62,065 bases of DNA, from positions 4,208-66,272 of the forward strand of contig JADFOW010000002.1 in the NCBI GenBank assembly GCA_022562615.1, given 5' to 3'. Origin of the DNA: Nitrososphaerota archaeon (GTDB lineage Archaea; Thermoproteota; Nitrososphaeria; Nitrososphaerales; Nitrosopumilaceae). Below the pieces are notes generated by a model, which saw only the letters and a program-made list of their open reading frames with translations, did no database searches and was not told the origin of the DNA. The position numbers and the translations under genes were made by a program. How positions within the stretch are numbered: the stretch's first letter is position 1; the number at the start of each line of letters is the position of its first letter. Of this stretch, positions 55,464 to 62,065 are shown piece by piece.

Positions 55464-56399
55464 TCAAATGACGAAGATAAATACAAGATAAGATACATAT
55501 GCGATTGCCAAAACCATTCCCATTACTTTGCTTATTACACCCATTTTCAGCGCTACAAATAATGAAACGCTAAATGCAATCATTATTGCGTAATCAATAA
55601 AGACATCAGAGGCAACGATTACACCTCCAAGTACTGCACCCACACCCATTATCATTAAAACGTTGTAAATGTTACTTCCAATGATATTTCCAATACCAAT
55701 ATCAGTATGTCCCTTACGAATTGCAATAACAGAAGTAATTAGTTCTGGAAGTGAAGTTCCAATTGCAATAACTGTAAGTCCAATCAGTTTTTCAGACAAA
55801 CCAAATTCCTTTGCTAAAACTACCGCATTTTCAACGGCAAGGTAAGCGCCAAAGCCAAGAAGTATTACGCCGAGTGTAATTAGTCCTGCGGCCTTGAGAT
55901 AGACCTTGTTTTTTGTATCCTTTGTGTCTTTATTGTTTTCATCTCTTTGTTTTTTTATACCTTTGAAGGTAAAAATTGTGAAAGCAATTAGAGAGCCAAT
56001 CAAAATTATTCCATCATATTGTGAGACCTCCCCATCTAATGATAATGCAATTAACAAAAAAGAAACACCCAACATTATTGGAATTTCTTTGCGTAGTGTT
56101 GACCTTCTTATTACAAGTGGAACCATTATAGCTGCAATGCCAATAACCATTCCAATGTTTGCTATGTTACTTCCAATAACATTTCCTAAAATTATCTCAC
56201 TGTGTTCACCAGCTGCTACAACACTTGCAGCTAATTCTGGAGTAGAAGTACCATAAGCAACTATCGTCATTCCAATTATCAAATTACTTATTCGTAATTT
56301 TTTGGCAATTATGACGCCACCACTTACCAGCCAGTTTCCACCAAAACATAGCATTGCCAGTCCCACCAAAGTTAGAGCCACATTAATGGAAATCTCCAT
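55464..56399 (-). CDS. CaCA-family sodium/calcium antiporter
   Basis: Two alpha-repeat motifs GTSTPELAASV...GNVIGSNIANIG and GTSLPELITSV...GNIIGSNIYNVL. Confidence 0.85.
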   Translation of the reverse strand: MEISINVALTLVGLAMLCFGGNWLVSGGVIIAKKLRISNLIIGMTIVAYGTSTPELAASVVAAGEHSEIILGNVIGSNIANIGMVIGIAAIMVPLVIRRSTLRKEIPIMLGVSFLLIALSLDGEVSQYDGIILIGSLIAFTIFTFKGIKKQRDENNKDTKDTKNKVYLKAAGLITLGVILLGFGAYLAVENAVVLAKEFGLSEKLIGLTVIAIGTSLPELITSVIAIRKGHTDIGIGNIIGSNIYNVLMIMGVGAVLGGVIVASDVFIDYAIMIAFSVSLFVALKMGVISKVMGMVLAIAYVSYLVFIFVI

Positions 56400-56612
56400 A
56401 CTGAGGCTTTAGATCAAGGTCGTTTAAAGGAGGTGATTTTCCAGAAATTCACAATTCTAACAATAGCAGTAAACTTGAACTTGACATTGTAAAATCAGCC
56501 GTTTTATATTCGGATTTGATGAATATACTGTACTCTAACTCTAGACGATGTTAATTTGAGGTGTGAACGAGTTTAGCAGTGACAATAAAACATACCGCTC
56601 GTGAAATAAAGT

Positions 56613-57032
56613 ATGGTATTTTCAAAAATACTTGTGGCAATTGACGGTTCTGAATCTGCAAAGAAAGCTTTTACAAAGTCTCTCTTTTTGGCACTCAAAT
56701 GTAATTCTAGATTGGATCTACTTCATGTAGTCCATTGTGAACTTGGGGGAGATAGTGCCACAACTTTTGAGTTAATAGAGCAACTCCAAGCAAAAGCAAA
56801 AATCATTCTAGACGAATATAGAAAGGAAGCCCTTGAGAAAAACATACCAATTGAGGTAATGCTAAAACAAGGTGATCCTGCTCAAATTATAATTGAAATT
56901 GCAAATGCCGGTAATTACGATTTGATAATCACAGGAAGTCGTGGTATGAGTGCTTTTAAAGAATTACTTCTTGGCAGCGTCACTCTTAAGGTAATACACC
57001 ATGTTCACTGTCCCGTTATGGTTGTTAGGTAG
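56613..57032 (+). CDS. universal stress protein (UspA family)
   Basis: KILVAIDGSE...DLIITGSRGMSAFKELLLGSVTLKVIHHVHCPVMVV. Confidence 0.85.
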   Translation: MVFSKILVAIDGSESAKKAFTKSLFLALKCNSRLDLLHVVHCELGGDSATTFELIEQLQAKAKIILDEYRKEALEKNIPIEVMLKQGDPAQIIIEIANAGNYDLIITGSRGMSAFKELLLGSVTLKVIHHVHCPVMVVR

Positions 57033-57100
57033 TAGAGTCAAGATAATTGTGGGTAGTCATCGTTTGTAACAAATTAATTTAGACAAAAACAATTGAAAAC

Positions 57101-57304
57101 ATGTCAGTACTGGGGGATGTTGGTCTAACATTAGAAATTATTGGTTTTATCATATTCTTGTTCATGCCAATTAAAGAAACTTTCAATCTGGTAACTGTAT
57201 CTGCAAAAGAAAATAAAATTACAATACGATTTGATAGGAGGTATTTTGGAATAGGATTGATTATTTTAGGAATAATAATGCAGTATAGTTTTTTTAACCT
57301 TTAA
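57101..57304 (+). CDS. small two-TM membrane protein
   Basis: 67 aa with two hydrophobic helices. No motif recognised. Confidence 0.4.
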   Translation: MSVLGDVGLTLEIIGFIIFLFMPIKETFNLVTVSAKENKITIRFDRRYFGIGLIILGIIMQYSFFNL

Positions 57305-57356
57305 CAGAATGAAAATTAGTTTTTAGAGTATGGGAAATCGTTTGCTACATGCCTAT

Positions 57357-57587
57357 CTATAAAAGATTAGACACGTTTTTCATTACTTCTTCAACCCGCT
57401 TTTCTTCTAAATGCATGACTTTTTCAAACTCGTTACGTAATACATCATATTTTAATTGTTTTTCTTTCTCATTCATCTTCGAGAATCTAATCAATCTTAT
57501 CTCCTCCACAATTGCATTAATTTTGTCATTAGTCTCAAACATTATTTCATCAATTTTCTTAGATGATTCTGGATCCATATCTAACAA
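57357..57587 (-). CDS. hypothetical coiled-coil protein
   Basis: 76 aa, charged heptad-like composition. The overlapping plus-strand ORF 57349-57606 is Ser/Phe-rich junk. Confidence 0.4.
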   Translation of the reverse strand: MLDMDPESSKKIDEIMFETNDKINAIVEEIRLIRFSKMNEKEKQLKYDVLRNEFEKVMHLEEKRVEEVMKNVSNLL

Positions 57588-57631
57588 TGCATGTCATCAT
57601 AAATAATCATTCTAATTATGTTATAATAACT

Positions 57632-58261
57632 TCAAAGAGGTTTAAGGAAGGCCTCAGCAATGAAAGTTATTCCAAAATAAATCAATAATATACTTATGCC
57701 GATAATAAAAAATCTATAGTTTTTATTTGACAAAAAACTAGAGCTGCGCTTTGATAGATATGCTGTTGATGTTAACCATGTATAATCCATCCAGATATGA
57801 CATACAAACAATATTGCGATTCCCCAAAATGACCATAAAACTAACGAATCAGAAATTAATTTGAAGCCTATGGTGAGCCACCAGATTATAAAAAATGGAT
57901 TTAAGGCACTAAACAAAATTCCCCCAAGAAAAGGACCATACTTTGTTTGATTTACTAATTGTGATTTGGATTTGAAAACAGATTTTATTTGGATTCCAGC
58001 AAACACAAATAATCCTATAGATCCCAGAACAGCGATAATTATCCTAAATTGTGGAAATGTTTCAAGTGACAATACACTAAATCCAAGAAAAATGATTAAC
58101 GGAAGTTCAACTACGGTATGACCAAAGGACATCTTCAGACCTGCAGACGCTCCTCCCTTTACTCCGTAGAAAATGTTGGCAACAAAAAGAGGTCCGGGGG
58201 ACATAACTCCTGACACAGAGATTATAATTACAGTTACTGCAAAACCAAGTAATTCTTCCAT
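57632..58261 (-). CDS. LysE/RhtB-family amino-acid exporter
   Basis: 209 aa, 6 TM. N-terminal PGP motif (SPGPLFVANI) and NPFFIIWW. Confidence 0.8.
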   Translation of the reverse strand: MEELLGFAVTVIIISVSGVMSPGPLFVANIFYGVKGGASAGLKMSFGHTVVELPLIIFLGFSVLSLETFPQFRIIIAVLGSIGLFVFAGIQIKSVFKSKSQLVNQTKYGPFLGGILFSALNPFFIIWWLTIGFKLISDSLVLWSFWGIAILFVCHIWMDYTWLTSTAYLSKRSSSFLSNKNYRFFIIGISILLIYFGITFIAEAFLKPL

Positions 58262-58536
58262 TTTAATTTAACCTAATAATATGAAAATATTAGAGGAACA
58301 AATCTTTTGTTTTTTGTTAGTTAAGAATAGGAGGCTGGAGACTAGGTTCTAGAGGGGCTATTTACCGAAATTGAAGACAATTGTATTCCCTACATGTCTC
58401 TTTTTTTTCATTTCTTATCCTTCCCAAAAAATATTTTTAGAATTAGGGAGATCTGAATTTCAAAAATTGTAACAGAATAAAATTACAAATTTAAAATTTA
58501 TTACAAACTAATCTCATTTTAAAATGGGCGATAGTA

Positions 58537-58677
58537 ATGGATGAAAAATGTCAAAATTGCGGACAACAGCTTGAAGGTTCTGGCATTACTCATTGTTCTG
58601 AGGAATGCCGTTTTGAAGCCTATCTAAAATCCCAATCAGTTTGTATACTCCTAGACATCGAAGATGATCTGAATTAA
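58537..58677 (+). CDS. small zinc-ribbon protein (46 aa, DUF2116-like)
   Basis: Hand translation gives MDEKCQNCGQQLEGSGITHCSEECRFEAYLKSQSVCILLDIEDDLN. The CxxCG...HCSxxC pattern is as in archaeal DUF2116 proteins (from memory). Confidence 0.4.
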   Translation: MDEKCQNCGQQLEGSGITHCSEECRFEAYLKSQSVCILLDIEDDLN

Positions 58678-58741
58678 TTTAAACACTTTGGATATTTCTT
58701 TTTCAAATCTCATCCTTCACAAAAGATAATTTCAAATTTTA

Positions 58742-59020
58742 TCACCCAGAACCCACCCCAACTATAAATCCTATAGCAAACAAAATCATTCCTATCCATA
58801 AGCAATTTTTTGCTTTAGATGGATCATCATTTTTGATTACAAAATATGCAATAATTCCCCCTATAGGAGTAAAAAGTATCGCTAGGAGATACCACCAATT
58901 ACTTCGTCGTTTTTGTATGCTTGTTGGGCCTAATCTATTTTCCACTAATCTTGTTCCACATTGTGAACAAAATGTTTTCTCAGAAGGTTCTTCATTTCCA
59001 CATTTAGAACAAAATGTCAT
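58742..59020 (-). CDS. zinc-ribbon plus two-TM protein
   Basis: From the ATG at 59020: MTFCSKCGNEEPSEKTFCSQCGTRL, then two TM helices. The track GTG start 59065 adds 15 non-conserved-looking aa. Confidence 0.55.
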   Translation of the reverse strand: MTFCSKCGNEEPSEKTFCSQCGTRLVENRLGPTSIQKRRSNWWYLLAILFTPIGGIIAYFVIKNDDPSKAKNCLWIGMILFAIGFIVGVGSG

Positions 59021-59024
59021 ATAT

Positions 59025-59297
59025 CTAACAGAAAAATTTATGATAAAAGTATTGAATTTCCCCACAATTCAAGTCTAGAGGATAGGGTGACATACATACA
59101 TCAGGATATGATGGATCACAGATATTTTCTAATTGAGTTGGTTCGAGAACTTGTTTTTGAGTTGATTCAGAATCAAAGAATACTCTACTTTTTAATTCAT
59201 CCCTGAATATGTCATAAAAATTCAGACATGGTCTTGTTATTTCTGATATAGATAATGAGATGACTTCGGCAGTTTGTAAGTAAATTGAAGGAGATCC
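59025..59297 (-). pseudogene. start-less 90-codon open frame with a CDPSYPDVC...DLNCG motif, likely a gene remnant
   Basis: Hand translation gives ...TQLENICDPSYPDVCMSPYPLDLNCGEIQYFYHKFFC*. There is no ATG/GTG/TTG upstream of the motif within the open frame. The frame overlaps the 5' end of the Zn-ribbon gene. Confidence 0.3.
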
Positions 59298-59372
59298 CTA
59301 GGCGTCAAATTGGTGTAAAAAAATCATTCACATAGACAAATAACATACTAGTTTAACATTAATAAAGTAATG

Positions 59373-59389
59373 TACCGTACCATACGGTA
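59373..59389. promoter_or_regulatory. perfect 7-3-7 inverted repeat abutting the ATG of the wHTH gene
   Basis: TACCGTA-CCA-TACGGTA ends 2 nt before the ATG at 59392. A/T-rich TATA-like TTTAACATTAATAAAG lies at 59352-59367. Confidence 0.35.
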
Positions 59390-59391
59390 TA

Positions 59392-59733
59392 ATGCGTGCA
59401 AGATTGACATATGTACCAATTGAGGTAGCAGATCAATTTGAGGATTTTATTATCAAAAGAGAGGAACGAGTATTAGATGCAGTAAAAGCTAGAACGCGGG
59501 ATTACAGTACACTATCACTTCTAAAATTATTGTATCAACTCAGAGGAAATCCTATGACATTTTCAGAATTGTACTCAAAGTCAAAGATTAGAATGAAAAG
59601 ATCATTTCTAAACTATTTGCACCTATGTGTAGATTACAATTTTGTTCAAAAAGAACCGAGGGGATCAAATGTCATCTATTCAATTACAGACAAAGGAAGA
59701 GTAATGCTGAATTTGTTTATTAATAAAAAGTAA
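59392..59733 (+). CDS. winged-helix transcriptional regulator
   Basis: 113 aa. MTFSELYSKSKIRMKRSFLNYLHLCVDYNFVQKE...YSITDKGRVML fits an HTH plus wing pattern. Confidence 0.55.
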   Translation: MRARLTYVPIEVADQFEDFIIKREERVLDAVKARTRDYSTLSLLKLLYQLRGNPMTFSELYSKSKIRMKRSFLNYLHLCVDYNFVQKEPRGSNVIYSITDKGRVMLNLFINKK

Positions 59734-59759
59734 TTAGACAGTACATATCGACGTAAAGA

Positions 59760-60485
59760 GTGCAAAAAGAATTTCCAGAGGCAGAAGTATTTGAGCTAAA
59801 AAAAACAAATCTAAAAAACCCAATCATATTTGCAGGTTTTGTTGGAGCAGGTCTTGTAGGACCACTTGCTATTAATCACATTATAGAGAAATTAGAAATG
59901 GAAGAGATTGGAGTGATGAGATCAAAGTATCTCCCACCATCAACTGTTTTTATAAGAGGAAGATTACGTCATCCATTTAGATTTTATGCAAACAAAGAAG
60001 GAACAGTTTGTGCAATAATTTGTGAAATTACATTAAGAATGGAAGGCCTATACTCGATTGTTTCGTCAATTTTAGACTGGGCAGATGAAAAAGGATCTAA
60101 AGAGATTGTGATTTTAGATGGAGTTGCAAGCAGTGAACATGACAATAAAGCATATTGTGCAGCAGAAGAAGACCTTGTTAGAGCAATGGCAGATGCGGAC
60201 ATTAGCCTAATTCCTCAAGGATTTATCACTGGAATTCCAGGAGGAATTTTAAATGAATGTCTAGTACGAGAGATTCAAGGTTTAACCCTACTTGCAAAAG
60301 CAAACAAAATAAACCCTGATCCCGCTGCAGCATCGACCCTAATTGAGGCTATAAATCGATTTTACAAAATGGATATCGATGTGGAAGATCTTCTAAAAGA
60401 CAAAGACAGAATAAACGAGGACTTTAGAGAATTGTCCCAGAAATACGTAGAACATAGAGAAGAGCTTTCTGGAATGTACATGTAA
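59760..60485 (+). CDS. PAC2/Pba-type proteasome assembly chaperone family protein (second paralogue)
   Basis: IIFAGFVGAGLVGPLAINHII N-terminal pattern. C-terminus ends in the HbYX-type M-Y-M. GTG start. Confidence 0.7.
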   Translation: MQKEFPEAEVFELKKTNLKNPIIFAGFVGAGLVGPLAINHIIEKLEMEEIGVMRSKYLPPSTVFIRGRLRHPFRFYANKEGTVCAIICEITLRMEGLYSIVSSILDWADEKGSKEIVILDGVASSEHDNKAYCAAEEDLVRAMADADISLIPQGFITGIPGGILNECLVREIQGLTLLAKANKINPDPAAASTLIEAINRFYKMDIDVEDLLKDKDRINEDFRELSQKYVEHREELSGMYM

Positions 60486-60533
60486 ACCAACATCAGGCAA
60501 ATTCTTTTATTCACAATAAATCCGCTTCAAACT

Positions 60534-61556
60534 GTGGGACTAACATACAAAAAAGCAGGGGTGGACATTTCTAATATTAAAAAAAGTCAAGCTGCAATAG
60601 GCAAACTAATTGAATCAACACATAAACTTCAAAAGATGGTAAAGATAGAACATGGTTTTGGCCATTATGCAGGAATTGTAGAAATTCCTGGTGGAAAACT
60701 TTTAGCCATCCATACTGATGGTGTCGGAACCAAAGTAGTAATCGCAAATTTGATGAAAAAATACGACACAATAGGAATTGATTGTATTGCGATGAATGTT
60801 AATGACATAATCTGTATTGGTGCCACACCAATCTCATTTGTAGACTATATTGCTGCAAACAAAAATGATCAGCAAATTTTTAAAAAAATAGTGAAAGGTC
60901 TTGTGACTGGAGCAAAAAAATCGGCAGTGCCAATAGTTGGTGGAGAGACTGCAATAATGCCCGATGTGATTACTGGAAAAAGATTTTCATTTGATTTGGC
61001 AGGAACGGTAGTTGGAATAGTTTCAAAAAAAGACATGGTACTTGGAAATAAAATAAAGATAGGAGATGTAATTATTGGAGCAAAAAGTAGTGGCATTCAT
61101 TCTAACGGATACTCGCTGGCAAGAAAAGCACTTTTGACAAATTATACACTCAAAGACAAAATCAAAGGAGTAGGAGTTTTAGGGAATGCCCTAATGACAC
61201 CTACTGAAATTTACGTAAAGCCAGTACTTGAGGTGATTCAGAAATGCAAAGTAACTGGGTTGGCCCACATTACTGGTGGATCGTTTACAAAACTGCTCAG
61301 ACTCAAAAAAATAGGATATAATATTGATTCCTTGCCTAAAGTACCTCCAATTATGAAGTTAATTGAGGAGCAGGGAGTAAAATCCGAGGAAATGTACAAG
61401 ACCTTCAATATGGGAGTGGGATTTTGTGTCATTGCTTCAGTCAATCAAGTAGGTAAGATAAAGTCAATTTTCAAAAAACATAGAATAATCACATATGAAA
61501 TTGGTAATATTAGTAAAAAGAAAGGTGTTTTTGTAAACTCTAAAAAAATTGCATAA
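60534..61556 (+). CDS. purM: phosphoribosylformylglycinamidine cyclo-ligase (AIR synthetase)
   Basis: LTYKKAGVDI, HTDGVGTK, DCIAMNVNDI, GGETA and GIHSNGYSL motifs. GTG start. Confidence 0.9.
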   Translation: MGLTYKKAGVDISNIKKSQAAIGKLIESTHKLQKMVKIEHGFGHYAGIVEIPGGKLLAIHTDGVGTKVVIANLMKKYDTIGIDCIAMNVNDIICIGATPISFVDYIAANKNDQQIFKKIVKGLVTGAKKSAVPIVGGETAIMPDVITGKRFSFDLAGTVVGIVSKKDMVLGNKIKIGDVIIGAKSSGIHSNGYSLARKALLTNYTLKDKIKGVGVLGNALMTPTEIYVKPVLEVIQKCKVTGLAHITGGSFTKLLRLKKIGYNIDSLPKVPPIMKLIEEQGVKSEEMYKTFNMGVGFCVIASVNQVGKIKSIFKKHRIITYEIGNISKKKGVFVNSKKIA

Positions 61557-61605
61557 ATAGCCTCAATCAATATCAAAATGGGCAGGTATTAGATTGCAGA
61601 AAATT

Positions 61606-62065
61606 ATGCCAATAATTGGACTTTCACTTGTTGGTATAGTCATCATGTTATTCACATTACCCCAAATGATTGGGTTAGAGTTTACAATTGCAATGGCAAT
61701 GACCATGTCAGTTTTGATGGGGATTTATGTGATTTTGGTCACTGAGGTGATACACAGAACAGCCCTTGCGATGATTGGTGCACTCATCATTATCATTATT
61801 CTAATTTACACTGGCCTAATTCCTGCACATGATACTGTTGACTTTGTAATAGGGTCTATTGATTTCAACACAATTGGACTACTTTTAGGGATGATGATAA
61901 TTGTTGGAATTCTTGGAGAGACAGGAATTTTTCAGTACATAGGAATTAAGGCAGCAAAACTGGCCAAGGGAAATGTATGGAAGCTTATGTTATTGTTGTC
62001 AGTTATTACAGCAGTTGGTTCTGCATTTTTGGACAATGTTACTATGATTCTTCTAATGGTTCCTG
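61606..62065 (+). CDS. ArsB/NhaD-superfamily permease, N-terminal 153 aa (3' end outside window)
   Basis: Hand translation gives MPIIGLSLVGIVIMLF...GETGIFQYIGIKAAKLAKGNVWKLMLLLSVITAVGSAFLDNVTMILLMVP. The FLDNVT..LLM.P motif is typical. Absent from the track because no stop is reached. Confidence 0.7.
   Translation, partial: MPIIGLSLVGIVIMLFTLPQMIGLEFTIAMAMTMSVLMGIYVILVTEVIHRTALAMIGALIIIIILIYTGLIPAHDTVDFVIGSIDFNTIGLLLGMMIIVGILGETGIFQYIGIKAAKLAKGNVWKLMLLLSVITAVGSAFLDNVTMILLMVP

Noticed and set aside
56531-56542. 12-nt plus-strand match (TACTCTAACTCT) perfectly complementary to the D' guide of the candidate sRNA
   Set aside because: It lies upstream of the predicted leaderless promoter of the usp gene, so it is probably not transcribed. 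It is a CT/A-rich 12-mer in an AT-rich genome, and a chance match within 124 kb of two-strand sequence is not negligible. Canonical targets are rRNA and tRNA, which are not in this window.
57349-57606. 85-aa plus-strand ORF
   Set aside because: It is Ser/Phe/Asn-rich low-complexity sequence antisense to a charged coiled-coil ORF (57357-57587) that looks more like a real protein.
1-62065. Search for CRISPR arrays, transposases, integrases, prophage or defence islands, and rRNA
   Set aside because: I saw no regularly spaced direct repeats, no recombinase, transposase or capsid-like ORFs, and no rRNA-like GC-rich blocks. The only tandem repeats are coding (Alba) or 2 x 10 bp. A by-eye scan cannot exclude short or degenerate elements.

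Overview
This is a densely packed, AT-rich archaeal chromosome segment. I call about 70 CDS, one tRNA, one RNase P RNA and one candidate C/D-box sRNA. The gene content is TBP, a TFB fragment, aIF1/SUI1, Sec61-beta, Alba, Tsr3, deoxyhypusine synthase, geranylgeranyl reductase, the F420 genes cofC/cofD/cofG/cofH and a Cys-less archaeosortase homologue. Together with the low GC this fits an ammonia-oxidising thaumarchaeon (Nitrosopumilus-like). That assignment is an inference I cannot verify without a database search. Most of the window is housekeeping: proS, rlmN, smc, dys, dinB, map, tbp, purM, htrA and transporters. I saw no CRISPR array, rRNA, transposase, integrase or obvious provirus. I did not find one unambiguous new multi-gene system. 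These items deserve a second look: (1) a 73-nt element with canonical C/D kink-turn geometry 41 nt downstream of tRNA-Pro on the same strand; (2) an exosortase/archaeosortase-like membrane protein with no cysteine (PSAGVHS where the family has CSG); (3) a signal-peptide/TM protein whose cytoplasmic tail carries 12 Cys in 35 aa as CxC repeats; (4) a DsbA-like CSSC oxidoreductase coupled to a 4-TM protein with an intramembrane CSC motif; (5) an intact 3' fragment of a TFB gene encoding only the BRE-recognition HTH, with its own ATG and TATA-like boxes; (6) two very large secreted proteins built from the same Ig-like module, one with a lamin-tail domain; (7) Alba with an acidic Pro-rich tandem-repeat extension; (8) a Lys-rich ORF split at an A9 tract. 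Several real genes fall below the 60-aa ORF-track cut-off: Sec61-beta and two Zn-ribbon ORFs of 59 and 46 aa. One track ORF (29406-29717, minus) is an artefact lying over the RNase P RNA. All family names come from motif recognition by eye. Coordinates of start codons other than the first ATG are proposals.
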